A DNA stretch of 64,000 bases from an uncultured virus (IMG/VR IMGVR_UViG_3300042301_004094). Taxonomy: Duplodnaviria; Heunggongvirae; Uroviricota; Caudoviricetes. Shown here piece by piece: positions 47,291 to 57,396 of this stretch. The first letter of the stretch is position 1, and each line of letters starts with the position of its first letter. The translations under genes and the position numbers were made by a program. The notes beneath the pieces are model-generated. The model did not search any database, had not been told where the DNA came from, and was given only the letters and a program-made list of their open reading frames with translations. The DNA is taken from the IMG/VR virus record IMGVR_UViG_3300042301_004094, positions 1-64,000 of that record; one strand, given 5' to 3'.

Positions 47291-47527
47291 TTAAAGAGAT
47301 TTGACATCCCAATATAATTGTCTTACTTTTGCTCCTAACTCATTATTATTTGGAGTACCATTAATAATATATTCAGGTACTAATATGGATTTATGAACAC
47401 TACCTCTATCATAACAACTAGGACATAATTGCCCAAACCCTTCAATATAACCCATTCTCATATCAATATGAGTATTTTTATCGTAAGCGGTCTCTACCTT
47501 ACAAATCATGCAATGATCTTTTTCCAT
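47291..47527 (-). CDS. small Cys-rich phage protein
   Basis: CMIC...YIEG.GQLCPSC. Confidence 0.65.
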   Translation of the reverse strand: MEKDHCMICKVETAYDKNTHIDMRMGYIEGFGQLCPSCYDRGSVHKSILVPEYIINGTPNNNELGAKVRQLYWDVKSL

Positions 47528-47625
47528 ATTATTTTAGTTTATTAATTTGTCTAATCATATTTACAGCACCAAATGCTGATAGTATAGCTATAACAACATA
47601 ACCCCAGATAATTAACTCTTCCATA

Positions 47626-48456
47626 TTATACATTTAGTGTTTTATTCCAAGCAGCAATATGCAATCTTGTTAAACCACGGAAACGATATTTTTTAGCCAT
47701 TTCAAGACAGAATTGAGTACGTTCTTCAAATTCAGCAGCATCGTCTAAACCAGGCATACAAACAACGTTTTTAAGTGGAATATTAAATGGTACTACAAAG
47801 TCACGGAATAATTCTTGTACATCTTCTTCTGTGCTGATAACGAACTTAAATTGATAGTTCTTATGTTCCATAATACGCTCAATAGCAGCAGGAACAATAC
47901 GTTGCTTTTCAGTCATACCTGAATTGGCTAGCTTAGGAGAACAGTTAATTTGGTCTAGTTGATTGAATAATTCGTCTCCAATATAGATTGTACCATTTGT
48001 TTCAATCTCACTATATGGAGTAACTGAAGTATCTAATTTATACCAGTAATATAGAAAATTACAAATGGCTTCTTGATGTCCTTTAATTGTAGGTTCACCT
48101 CCAGTCCAAATAATATGAATGTTACCATCTTTGATATCATCATAAATGTCCTGTTCTTTCCATCGATCGATTAGATATTGGAAATCTTTATCTTCACCTC
48201 TCCACAACCACTGGCTTGTAGAATCACAAGTCCAAGTTGCTTTACCTTCAGCATGAAGGTCACCAACGAATATTTCTCCATCTTCTAATGTTTGTTCTTT
48301 CATTAACTTGTTGGTAAACATTCTACTCATACCACAGGTAAGATTACAAACACCAAAACGTACGAAGTACGAAGGGACACCAGATGAAATACCTTCACCC
48401 TGCACACTGTAAAAATCACTACTGATTAGTAGTTTATTTGGATCAATTTTGCTCAT
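47626..48456 (-). CDS. queE: 7-carboxy-7-deazaguanine synthase (radical SAM)
   Basis: FYSVQGEG, CNLTC...CDS with insertion, TGGEP, ETNG, SPKL, RLH. Confidence 0.92.
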   Translation of the reverse strand: MSKIDPNKLLISSDFYSVQGEGISSGVPSYFVRFGVCNLTCGMSRMFTNKLMKEQTLEDGEIFVGDLHAEGKATWTCDSTSQWLWRGEDKDFQYLIDRWKEQDIYDDIKDGNIHIIWTGGEPTIKGHQEAICNFLYYWYKLDTSVTPYSEIETNGTIYIGDELFNQLDQINCSPKLANSGMTEKQRIVPAAIERIMEHKNYQFKFVISTEEDVQELFRDFVVPFNIPLKNVVCMPGLDDAAEFEERTQFCLEMAKKYRFRGLTRLHIAAWNKTLNV

Positions 48457-48577
48457 TTAAATATTGTTTTTATATAATTGAATATAGGACTAAAATTATG
48501 CCATTCCAAAATAATGAACATAATGCTTGGATGTTTATCTCCGCAAAACCCTAATACGTGGATTATTTCATGCATGT

Positions 48578-49423
48578 TTAAAGTGAATTTATATATTCTT
48601 GTAATCTATCTTTTGGTTCCCATACTAGTTTTTCTAATGCGGAATCGTTTTCACGTAAAGTTTCTCTGTAGTTTCCTTTTTGATCTGACATGTATACTTT
48701 TACACAGTTAAATCTTTTAATAAACATATCTGCTACTTCGTTTATAGAATAGTTTTTACCTGTTCCTAATTCCCAAGCATCATTTTGTTTATGGTATGTT
48801 AAACCTATTTTATAAAGACCTTCTACTATATCATCTACATGAGTAAAATCTCTTTTCTGTTTACCATCACCAACAATTGTAATTGGATGGTTTTTTTTAA
48901 TCTGTCCTCTCCATCTACCTATAACTGCTGCCCAATCTCCTTCAGTAATTTCTTTAGGACCATAAACGTTATAAAATCTAACTATTTCAACATTTAATTC
49001 ATAAACCTCTTTATACATTTTACAAATTTCTTCTCCGATGTATTTGTAACATGCATATGGGGATCTATGTGGGTTGTGCCATCGAGAAGATGAACCAGCA
49101 TATATTAATTTAGCACCTATCTGTTTTGCAAAATCACAAACAGCCTGAGTGCCCATTGTATTTACTCTAAAAGTTTCTGATGGATTCTCAAATGAGGGTT
49201 GTATTCTACTAAGTGCTGCTAAATGGTAGATTATTTTAAAATCTTTATCCATTAATGATATTTGTTCAATATCACCTGAATGGTAACTACAACCATCAAT
49301 TTCGTTCTCTTTTGAGCCGCTATCATAGTTATCTAAAGATACTACTGTGTGTCCTTCTTTAAGCAATCTTGCTATAAGATTTGAACCAATAAATCCTGCT
49401 CCTCCAGTTACTAATATTTTCAT
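48578..49423 (-). CDS. NAD-dependent NDP-sugar epimerase/dehydratase
   Basis: TGGAGFIGS, YACYK, RFYNVYGP, RDFTHV; start moved to MKILVT. Confidence 0.92.
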   Translation of the reverse strand: MKILVTGGAGFIGSNLIARLLKEGHTVVSLDNYDSGSKENEIDGCSYHSGDIEQISLMDKDFKIIYHLAALSRIQPSFENPSETFRVNTMGTQAVCDFAKQIGAKLIYAGSSSRWHNPHRSPYACYKYIGEEICKMYKEVYELNVEIVRFYNVYGPKEITEGDWAAVIGRWRGQIKKNHPITIVGDGKQKRDFTHVDDIVEGLYKIGLTYHKQNDAWELGTGKNYSINEVADMFIKRFNCVKVYMSDQKGNYRETLRENDSALEKLVWEPKDRLQEYINSL

Positions 49424-49434
49424 AGTTTTAAAAT

Positions 49435-49472
49435 AAAAAACATCTCCCCCATCCATAGACGAGGGAGATGTT
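49435..49472 (-). terminator. intrinsic terminator-like hairpin
   Basis: AACATCTCCC...GGGAGATGTT followed by a U-run. Confidence 0.7.
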
Positions 49473-49483
49473 GGGTGGTTGAA

Positions 49484-49720
49484 TTAAGCAGTTGCTAATT
49501 CTGTGTTTTTAACACGACGACGAGTTAAATTATACATTGCGTTTGCAATTGGATCATTTACTCTACGTCTAAAGGCTGTAATGTTAGATAAATGACTAAC
49601 AGAATAACCTGTTTCTTCAGATAATCTTGTCAAATCACCAATACGTTGACGGTGAGTGAAGAATGACAATTTTGCTGTGCGGTTTAAGTAGTTCGCACGT
49701 ACTTTAGTTTGATAACTCAT
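49484..49720 (-). CDS. basic helix-turn-helix protein
   Basis: DLTRLSEETGYSVSHLSNI. Confidence 0.7.
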   Translation of the reverse strand: MSYQTKVRANYLNRTAKLSFFTHRQRIGDLTRLSEETGYSVSHLSNITAFRRRVNDPIANAMYNLTRRRVKNTELATA

Positions 49721-49740
49721 AACTATATTTGATTTATTGT

Positions 49741-50628
49741 TTACGAATTGTGTTCAGCTAATACTTTTTCTACATGAGCCTTAGCTACTTCCCATGTTAC
49801 AGGACCTGTTTCGTCAGCATATGCTACAGGATCAGGACGTCCTAATCTAATGAATGCTTCAATACGCTCTACTGATGCTGCTGATTTATAATCAGAATAC
49901 CATTCACCATATTCATCTCCTTGACAGTAGTAAATTGGTTTATAAGATGTATTAGTACGTCTATACACTTCATCAAAATCGAGATTCAAGATACCACAAG
50001 ATCTTTGCCCATCCTCTAAAATGTCAAATTTATTTAACTCAAGATATGGAGTATAATGGTATACTAATTCAGAATCCCAGTTACCAATTTTAAACGCTTC
50101 AAAATCAACATCGCGGAACTCTTGTCTACAATCAGGATAAATTGCATGATCACCAGCATGAATCCCCATTGCGATTGCTACTGAATCTCCTATAGCACAA
50201 TCATCACCAATATTTTTAGTTGCAACTGATAATGCTACAGCTTGAATCAATGAAGCAAATATTTTATTACGATTAGGTACAACTGTTTCTTTCATGTTGT
50301 CCTGCTCATAATGTCCTTCTGGTACATCGGAACCACCAGTTACTAAAGCTGAGTTTAATAATTGTGATAAACCATCTAATTTAATAATTTGAAAGTTTAC
50401 TGTTGGGTAGAATTCTTCAAACCCGTTTGGAGCACGATCATGATGGAATACTCTTAATGGATTAGAGTTAATGTACTCTACTAATGATGTAGCACGCTCT
50501 AATTCTACTTTGTGTTTTTGACCATAATCAAAACCTAATGCTGTTACTTCATAGCCGCTAGCTAATAGGTGTAACAATAATGAACTACTGTCCATACCAC
50601 CTGATAATGATAAAACTGCTTTTTTCAT
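49741..50628 (-). CDS. queC: 7-cyano-7-deazaguanine (preQ0) synthase
   Basis: SGGMDS, FDYGQKH, VPNRN, YPDCR. Confidence 0.94.
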   Translation of the reverse strand: MKKAVLSLSGGMDSSSLLLHLLASGYEVTALGFDYGQKHKVELERATSLVEYINSNPLRVFHHDRAPNGFEEFYPTVNFQIIKLDGLSQLLNSALVTGGSDVPEGHYEQDNMKETVVPNRNKIFASLIQAVALSVATKNIGDDCAIGDSVAIAMGIHAGDHAIYPDCRQEFRDVDFEAFKIGNWDSELVYHYTPYLELNKFDILEDGQRSCGILNLDFDEVYRRTNTSYKPIYYCQGDEYGEWYSDYKSAASVERIEAFIRLGRPDPVAYADETGPVTWEVAKAHVEKVLAEHNS

Positions 50629-50680
50629 TCTAAATGAATTTATTTGGGATCGTATTTATTTATTAAACGCTTACTCCCGT

Positions 50681-50893
50681 TTAAGCGTTGTTGAATAATG
50701 CTTTAATCTTGAAAAACTGATCTAAAAACGGTTTTTCATAGGTAATAATAATGCCATTCTTAAATGGAGAATGAGCAACAATCTTAGTACCACGTCTCGC
50801 GTTTACAATCTTAGAGAAGTCATGTACTTGTTTGCCCAAAGCAGAACCTGCTGGTTTGCCTAAATAATCATAAAGTGAAATCATTGTTATCAT
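50681..50893 (-). CDS. hypothetical protein
   Basis: SLYDYLG..AG..LGKQV. Confidence 0.6.
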   Translation of the reverse strand: MITMISLYDYLGKPAGSALGKQVHDFSKIVNARRGTKIVAHSPFKNGIIITYEKPFLDQFFKIKALFNNA

Positions 50894-50900
50894 AACTTTT

Positions 50901-51686
50901 TTATTTTATAAATTTTCTGAATTGTTGTACGTTGAATGTAATATCTTCTACCTGCCCACTCAAGTCTTTCTCAAAGTAATGCTCTAATTTTTCCTTTGGT
51001 TTCCATGTTAAACCACTATCAGTGTATCTTTGTCCTTCAGCACCAACTAAAATAGGATTAGACGTATCTACTGATTTAACAAATGTCCAATCTTTATATG
51101 ACATAAACTCTTGTGGTAATGAACATCCTAACAAATGGTGGTAATGTGACTTTCTGATAGTATTAGATGCAACTAAACGTCTAATAAACTCCATTCTACC
51201 ATACATTGCTGCTTTTAAATGATCCATTCCTTCATATTCATATTGGTATGCAATGCTTGAATGATTAAATGCAATATGAGTATAACCTAAATCAACTAAT
51301 GTTTGATATGTTGTAATTAATTCACCCATGTCTTTACCTTGACATACAGCCATTAAATTAACTCCTTCAGGTAGATTTGGTTTATGATTAATCATCCAAC
51401 TTTTAGCATTAACTAATGTTGTTGTTGAATCGTTCCAGGCATCAGGTACAATGAATATATCAGGACGAACTAAATTAATCTTTTCTAATAAATCTTCTGT
51501 TGTATGCAATACACCTTCAAATAAACCATTATCCATGATAATGAAACGTTTATCTAAACGTGATTTTTGAAAGAATATTCTATATTGATCGTACTGATCA
51601 ATTAAGTGAGGTAAACAATAATCATAATCATTCCATTTATATGCATGGTGCATTAATGCTAAAGGTAATTCATGACTAATCTTCAT
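50901..51686 (-). CDS. dpdA: putative DNA 7-deazaguanine transglycosylase (DpdA/TGT-like)
   Basis: IMDNG.FE, VPD, AVCQG, HLLG, SVDTS motifs; located between queC and queD. Confidence 0.68.
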   Translation of the reverse strand: MKISHELPLALMHHAYKWNDYDYCLPHLIDQYDQYRIFFQKSRLDKRFIIMDNGLFEGVLHTTEDLLEKINLVRPDIFIVPDAWNDSTTTLVNAKSWMINHKPNLPEGVNLMAVCQGKDMGELITTYQTLVDLGYTHIAFNHSSIAYQYEYEGMDHLKAAMYGRMEFIRRLVASNTIRKSHYHHLLGCSLPQEFMSYKDWTFVKSVDTSNPILVGAEGQRYTDSGLTWKPKEKLEHYFEKDLSGQVEDITFNVQQFRKFIK

Positions 51687-51963
51687 AGTGTTTTAATTTT
51701 TTCTTTAATCTATTAATTCTAATTTGACAATACCATTTACCCATATTACCAGATGCATTTTTATATCTTTCTTCCCAATACTTAATACCTTTGTTAGTTT
51801 TAGCATTTGCTTTTTCAAGATAATCAATGTCCCAATAACTGTTATTTTCCAACATAGCTTCTTCCCAATATCCTTCAGTATAATGGGGAGCTTGTTGTTC
51901 ATACTCTTCGCGAAGAGCTTTGCGTCGTGCTTTTTCTAGATTTTTACCTAGTTTCTTATTCAT
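51676..51963 (-). CDS. hypothetical protein
   Basis: ORF overlapping both neighbours. Confidence 0.55.
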   Translation of the reverse strand: MNKKLGKNLEKARRKALREEYEQQAPHYTEGYWEEAMLENNSYWDIDYLEKANAKTNKGIKYWEERYKNASGNMGKWYCQIRINRLKKKLKHYED

Positions 51964-52417
51964 ATATGGCGGTATTTTTGTTGTTTTCCATGAATTCTAC
52001 TCTTACAACACTAACCCTACCATTAGTTTCTTCTTGAACAAATGTATTTAATTTTTCAAAAACATATTTTGCGAACTGTTCTGCGCCAACAGCTGGTAAT
52101 ATTCTAAGTTGAATAATACCAAGTTCACCCATTGTTTTAAACCCACCCAATGCTGGATCATCTTCAGTTATAATTGTAGTATGGTCAAACATATAGTCCA
52201 TCCATTCTTTAGGGTTTTTACCATCAATGTTTCCTTTAGCACGTTTCATACCACCAAAATCCCAAACCCAATTACGTTCATCTAATTCACCTTCAAACCA
52301 TACTCTAAATGATACTCCATATCCATGGAGGAATCTGCAGTGAGTACCTTCTGCTTTCCATTGACGAAATACTGTACTGAAACCGTCAAACAACTTTGTT
52401 GATTGAAACTTTGCCAT
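51956..52417 (-). CDS. queD: 6-carboxytetrahydropterin synthase
   Basis: HCRFLHGY, WVWDFG, FDHT, GAE.FA, VEFMEN..N.A.Y. Confidence 0.88.
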   Translation of the reverse strand: MAKFQSTKLFDGFSTVFRQWKAEGTHCRFLHGYGVSFRVWFEGELDERNWVWDFGGMKRAKGNIDGKNPKEWMDYMFDHTTIITEDDPALGGFKTMGELGIIQLRILPAVGAEQFAKYVFEKLNTFVQEETNGRVSVVRVEFMENNKNTAIYE

Positions 52418-52418
52418 T

Positions 52419-52637
52419 TTATTTATCTTTTTTTATTGTAATATTTGATCTGAATAAGATTCCTGCCATTAGATTTAATCCACATGCTTCCCAAAAATTA
52501 ATATATCTTAACCCAAAAATATTTGGCATTAGTTGGTTCCATAAAAATTGTAGAGGTAGACCAAATAGCAAAGCAGCTAAGGCTAATAATCCTACAAGGT
52601 ACAAGGCTTGTTCAATTGGTTTCATGTTGTTATTCAT
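52419..52637 (-). CDS. small membrane protein
   Basis: LWN.LMP.IFGL..I.FW.A.GL. Confidence 0.65.
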   Translation of the reverse strand: MNNNMKPIEQALYLVGLLALAALLFGLPLQFLWNQLMPNIFGLRYINFWEACGLNLMAGILFRSNITIKKDK

Positions 52638-52833
52638 TTTCTATTTCGTCGTTATTTAATTCGTCTAACTCTGTTTGATTTACTATTTTCCAGTTTTTAT
52701 CATCATCAATAATACTGTAAACTTGATCCATAATTTCTTCCAACTCTTTAGTTAATGAAGTAATGTCAACATCGTCTTCTGTTAATTTGGTTTGGATTTG
52801 TTCTGCTTTATTTAGTAATTCTATTAAGTTCAT
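52630..52833 (-). CDS. acidic hypothetical protein
   Basis: ORF in string. Confidence 0.55.
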   Translation of the reverse strand: MNLIELLNKAEQIQTKLTEDDVDITSLTKELEEIMDQVYSIIDDDKNWKIVNQTELDELNNDEIENE

Positions 52834-53039
52834 TTTTTCTTATTTGGAGTGAATTTAAGTATTTCCTCTGACAATACCACCCTTCCTTTAGTATCTCTTG
52901 GTTCATAAGGGCAATGTCTGCAATGATCACCACAGCAACTGCCTCTATTAATATGAGTAAGCGCAGTGAAAATCACGCGCTCACCCTCTATATAGTAATC
53001 AACTCCGTTTCTTAATTGCTTATCCTTCACAAGATACAC
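52830..53039 (-). CDS. small Cys-rich protein (DUF5522-like)
   Basis: RGSCCG..CRHCPY. Confidence 0.7.
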   Translation of the reverse strand: MYLVKDKQLRNGVDYYIEGERVIFTALTHINRGSCCGDHCRHCPYEPRDTKGRVVLSEEILKFTPNKKK

Positions 53040-54744
53040 ATTCAGATAAACGTTGTAAATTGTCTCCTCTCAATACTGATTCGGTACGTAAGTAGTATAA
53101 TGTTTTAATACCAGCTTTATGTGCTTCTTTATGTACTTGAGATATCCATTTTGGAGTGTCATTTGGATCAAAACATAAATTTAATGAAATTGCTTGATCA
53201 ATATATTGTTGTCTAATAGCGTTTTGTTTTACTATTTCTAATTGATTAATTTCTTTAAATGTTAAGAACACTGATTTTTCTTCATCAGTTAAAATATAAC
53301 TAGGAACATTAATTACTGATCCTTGATCTTTTAGGATTTGATCCCAAACACTATCAATATTATATCCTTTTTTATCTAGTAATTCTTCTAGAATTTTATT
53401 TCGTTTAATGAATACGCCTTTTGCTGTTTTAAGGTTATATACATTCGCTGGAATTGGTTCAATCGATGGTGACACACCTCCCGAGATATGAGCATTTGAT
53501 ACCGTTGGTGCAATTGCTAAATGGTGGGAATGTCTTAATCCAGTACCTTTACACCATTCTGGCTCACCGTATAGTTCTGCTTGGTCACGTGATGCTTTTA
53601 AAGTTTCTGTCTGGATAAATTCAGATATAACTCTAGTCAATGCTGATGATTGAATACTAGCAAATGGTATTCCTTTTGATTGTAGTAATGTATGCCATCC
53701 TAAAACACCAATTCCAATTGCTCTACCTTTAGTAGCAGAACGAACTGTATTTTCCATAAATTTGATATTCTTAGCTCTATCAATAAATTCTTGTAATACA
53801 CCTTCTAAGAACCAACATGCTACTTCTGGTAATGTCATACCATTTTCGAATTTATAGTCTTTCCATTCATCCCAACGTGCTAAATTTAATGATGATAAAC
53901 AACAAATAAATGAATGTAATTCGTCTGTGTATAATGAAATCTCACTACAAATGTTTGTCATTGATACATGAAGATTTAACTTCTTATATCCTTCAGGATT
54001 TGCATTGTTAACATTATCTTCAAACATGATATAAGGTTCACCAGTTTCAAGACGTGTTTTTAATATATCACCCCACAAACGCATAGAACGTTCATCCTTA
54101 TTTTCTAACTTATCCATAAATGTATCATCAATAACAACACATTGGTGTAAGTTCAAACATTGACGATTAACATCACCTTTTGGTCTACGGATTTGTAAAA
54201 ATTCTTCAATATCTGGGTGGTTGATACTTAGGTTAACAGATGCTGCACCTCTTCTAACTGATCCTTGGTTTGTAGCAAGAATAGTTGAGTCATAAATTTT
54301 ACACCAAGGCACTACACCTTCAGACACACCATTATCTCTAATGGCTTTACCTCTACCTCTAATACGAGATACTCCAATACCAACTCCACCACCTTGAGAT
54401 GATAATCTCATTAATTCAGAGTTTGCATCAGCAATACCTTCAATAGAATCACCAACATCAATACCAAAACATGAAATAGGCATTCCACGCTCAGTACCTA
54501 AATTTGATAATACTGGGGATGCTAAACATAGCCAGTTTTTTACTATCGCTTCATAGAATATTGGTTGTAAGTCTTTACGTCTTAATCTACGTGAAGAAGC
54601 TTTACTTACTCTTTTAAACGCACCAAATACATCTTCATCAGGCATTAAATACCCTTTAGAAATCATACTTAATGCTATTTCATCCATCCAAGAAGGAAAA
54701 TCTTTACCTTTAACCCAGGTACTGGTGTCTACTTGTATACTCAT
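53020..54744 (-). CDS. nrdA: ribonucleotide reductase class I alpha subunit (compact)
   Basis: SPVLSN, ISCF, GGGVG, TNICSEI, APTVS, LYY, C-terminal CVSCEG. Confidence 0.95.
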   Translation of the reverse strand: MSIQVDTSTWVKGKDFPSWMDEIALSMISKGYLMPDEDVFGAFKRVSKASSRRLRRKDLQPIFYEAIVKNWLCLASPVLSNLGTERGMPISCFGIDVGDSIEGIADANSELMRLSSQGGGVGIGVSRIRGRGKAIRDNGVSEGVVPWCKIYDSTILATNQGSVRRGAASVNLSINHPDIEEFLQIRRPKGDVNRQCLNLHQCVVIDDTFMDKLENKDERSMRLWGDILKTRLETGEPYIMFEDNVNNANPEGYKKLNLHVSMTNICSEISLYTDELHSFICCLSSLNLARWDEWKDYKFENGMTLPEVACWFLEGVLQEFIDRAKNIKFMENTVRSATKGRAIGIGVLGWHTLLQSKGIPFASIQSSALTRVISEFIQTETLKASRDQAELYGEPEWCKGTGLRHSHHLAIAPTVSNAHISGGVSPSIEPIPANVYNLKTAKGVFIKRNKILEELLDKKGYNIDSVWDQILKDQGSVINVPSYILTDEEKSVFLTFKEINQLEIVKQNAIRQQYIDQAISLNLCFDPNDTPKWISQVHKEAHKAGIKTLYYLRTESVLRGDNLQRLSECVSCEG

Positions 54745-54758
54745 CTTATAATTTAATT

Positions 54759-55709
54759 TTAAAGGTCTGACCAATCTGCGTTTGACTTTGAATAACTAGT
54801 CACGCGTCCTGCGAAGAAATCTTGGTGTGTTTTTCCACTTGTTAAATGTCCAAACCATTCCATTTGTTTTAGTAAGTTAGGATCAATATCATTGAAAATA
54901 CCATTATAACCTAATTCAACCATTTTTTCATTTGCTCTTGCTTTGATAAATGTTTTTAGTTGAGGGATGTTTAAACCTTCAATATCTCCCATTTCAAATG
55001 CTTTATCAATAAAATCAAATTCTAACTGAACTGATAATCGACAAGCTTCTGCTACACCTGATCTCATTTCTGCTGTATTTAATTCAGGTTGTTCTTCTAA
55101 TAATTTTTTAAATAACCAACATCCTGCTTTTGAGTGTAATGACTCATCTCTAACACTCCATTCTACAATCTGACCAGTTCCTTTCATTAAATTTCTTAAT
55201 TGAAAAGACATCAATATAGCAAATGAAGAGAATAAATTAACACCTTCAGTGAATGCTGAGAATATAGCTAATGATAATGCTTTTTCTTCAATATTATCAC
55301 CAGGTACTTCAATTAAGCGATCAATTTTTGCTTTTGATGCTTCGTCTTCCATAAATGCTTGGAAATCATCTAGTCCTAATTCTTCATTTAATCGAGCATA
55401 GGCTTCAGCATGAATACTTTCAAAATCAGCAAACACACGAGCCATAGCTTGAATCTCTGGTTTTGGGAACCATAATGATACTTTAGTAGACCAATAATCA
55501 TTAACGTGTACTTCTGTTTGAGCGAATGATTTTAGAATATTTCCTATCAAATTCTTTTCTGAATCGGTTAATTTTAATTTCCAATCATTTAGATCAGAAG
55601 CCAAAGGTACTTCATCAGCCAACCAGTGTACTCTATGTTGGTCTTTATAAAAGTTGAATGCTTCTTGGTATTCAAATGGTTTGTAGAAAATACGTGGTTC
55701 AGTTATCAT
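54759..55709 (-). CDS. nrdB: ribonucleotide reductase class I beta subunit
   Basis: ESIHAEAY, TEGV.LFSSF, RDESLH, DFF...V..Y. Confidence 0.95.
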   Translation of the reverse strand: MITEPRIFYKPFEYQEAFNFYKDQHRVHWLADEVPLASDLNDWKLKLTDSEKNLIGNILKSFAQTEVHVNDYWSTKVSLWFPKPEIQAMARVFADFESIHAEAYARLNEELGLDDFQAFMEDEASKAKIDRLIEVPGDNIEEKALSLAIFSAFTEGVNLFSSFAILMSFQLRNLMKGTGQIVEWSVRDESLHSKAGCWLFKKLLEEQPELNTAEMRSGVAEACRLSVQLEFDFIDKAFEMGDIEGLNIPQLKTFIKARANEKMVELGYNGIFNDIDPNLLKQMEWFGHLTSGKTHQDFFAGRVTSYSKSNADWSDL

Positions 55710-55966
55710 TTTAATGAATTTAATAAGTTAATTAATGTTGGTTTTGATTGCATACCCAAGGTACGCTTTACTTCTTGCCCATCAACTTCTATTACTAAAG
55801 TAGGAACTGAACGAATGTTATATTTTAGTGTTAAATCTGGATTGCTATCTACATCTATTGTTTCAAAATTAACATCTGTTAATTCTGATTGAACTTGCGC
55901 TACTAAAGGAGCAAGTTGCTTACATGGGCCGCACCAAGCAGCCGTGAACCTTTTTACCGTTACCAT
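55706..55966 (-). CDS. trxA: thioredoxin
   Basis: WCGPC and SVPT motifs. Confidence 0.95.
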   Translation of the reverse strand: MVTVKRFTAAWCGPCKQLAPLVAQVQSELTDVNFETIDVDSNPDLTLKYNIRSVPTLVIEVDGQEVKRTLGMQSKPTLINLLNSLK

Positions 55967-56001
55967 AATTTTTATTGTTGTAGTTATAAATATAGTATAT
56001 A

Positions 56002-57384
56002 CTATTGGTTTTTACTAAGCTCAAAAAACTTCTGTTGAAGATAATCTCTGTCGTCATTATTAACGCTACTGTATTGATTTACAGGTTTAGAGTCATCTTC
56101 ATCATCATCGTCTAATGGTGTTTCGTATATATCTATTTTTCCGTTTGATGTATCTATTTTGGAACCAAATGTTAATCCGTCAGCACCATATCTATTTTTC
56201 ATGACGTGCCAACGTCCTGTTCCGTTTACTTTATCTTTTCTTCCTCTAGCTAGAGATAAAATAATATCTCCAATCATAATCTTTTCATACGATCCTGCTG
56301 CATTATCACCTTCAATAATACTACTTTTAGCAGCACCTCTATTTGCTTGTGAAGGGGATATAACTGGTATTCCTAGTTCCTTAGCTAATGCTTTAGCTCC
56401 AACATAAACATCATCAATTTCTTCCTTACGTTCTCCATTTCTAGAACGAGATGAACTCTTAACATAATCAAGATAATCAATAATGATTAAATCTGGTTTG
56501 AAACCATGTTGCATTTCTAATTGTTGGAGATGAGCCTGAATTGTATCGAATGATGCTCTTTTAGGTGGGTATTCTTTAATAACAACTTTACCTCTAACTT
56601 TACTAATAGTTTCTTCAACTTTAGCTCTATTTTTATCCAAAGTATCAACAGGAATACCTGTAAATACAGCATCATATCTTTTACCTACGTAACCTTCAGC
56701 TAATTCAAGTGAATAGTGTACTACATTATACCCCATAGCAGCAGCATAAGCTCCCATATCAATAACAGCCCATGATTTACCACCCCCAGGATTACCAAAT
56801 ACTAGTACTAAATCACCTTTACCCATTCCCCCCTGAGTTAGACTATTGAATACAGGCCAAGGGAAAGGTATTGCATTTCTATCATCTATTCTGTATCTTG
56901 ATTCAATATCTTTATCATATTCATGACCAATATTTTTATCTTCACCTGCTTTTAGAGCATTATTCATTAGTGTTTTAATACTATCATAATCACCCATTCC
57001 AAGCAAGTCAACAGAAGTCATGATTGCTTTCTTTACTTGTTGGTTTTTACAAAAATTAGTAAATTCATTTTCTACCCACTCTAAATCATTGGCTTGGGAT
57101 TCTTTATAAGCCTCTCTTAGCCCCTCAGTAATAGCAATTTTTAAAACATCATTATCAACTTTTTTTACTTCAGTAGATAGTACCTCCATTGTTGGTACTG
57201 TATGATACTTAGAAAAATATGATTGTATTTCTTTAATAACCCATTGATTGGCTTGATTTTCGAAATATTCTTTTTCTAAAGAATCAGACACATTTACTAA
57301 GAAATTTTTCTGTGTTAATAGTGCTCCAATTACTTTCGTTTGAAACTGAGGTCCGTATGCTTGTAATTTTTGTAATGTTGTCAT
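56002..57384 (-). CDS. replicative DNA helicase (DnaB/T4 gp41-like)
   Basis: GNPGGGKS, SLE, IIDY, SQANR, KNRYG. Confidence 0.92.
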   Translation of the reverse strand: MTTLQKLQAYGPQFQTKVIGALLTQKNFLVNVSDSLEKEYFENQANQWVIKEIQSYFSKYHTVPTMEVLSTEVKKVDNDVLKIAITEGLREAYKESQANDLEWVENEFTNFCKNQQVKKAIMTSVDLLGMGDYDSIKTLMNNALKAGEDKNIGHEYDKDIESRYRIDDRNAIPFPWPVFNSLTQGGMGKGDLVLVFGNPGGGKSWAVIDMGAYAAAMGYNVVHYSLELAEGYVGKRYDAVFTGIPVDTLDKNRAKVEETISKVRGKVVIKEYPPKRASFDTIQAHLQQLEMQHGFKPDLIIIDYLDYVKSSSRSRNGERKEEIDDVYVGAKALAKELGIPVISPSQANRGAAKSSIIEGDNAAGSYEKIMIGDIILSLARGRKDKVNGTGRWHVMKNRYGADGLTFGSKIDTSNGKIDIYETPLDDDDEDDSKPVNQYSSVNNDDRDYLQQKFFELSKNQ

Positions 57385-57396
57385 AACTTTTTAAAT

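Noticed and set aside
50635..50680. Possible preQ1 riboswitch upstream of queC (GGGA..CGT/ACG.TCCC hairpin plus A-rich tail)
   Set aside because: The loop does not match the preQ1-I consensus I know and no second pairing is evident; a cmscan would settle it
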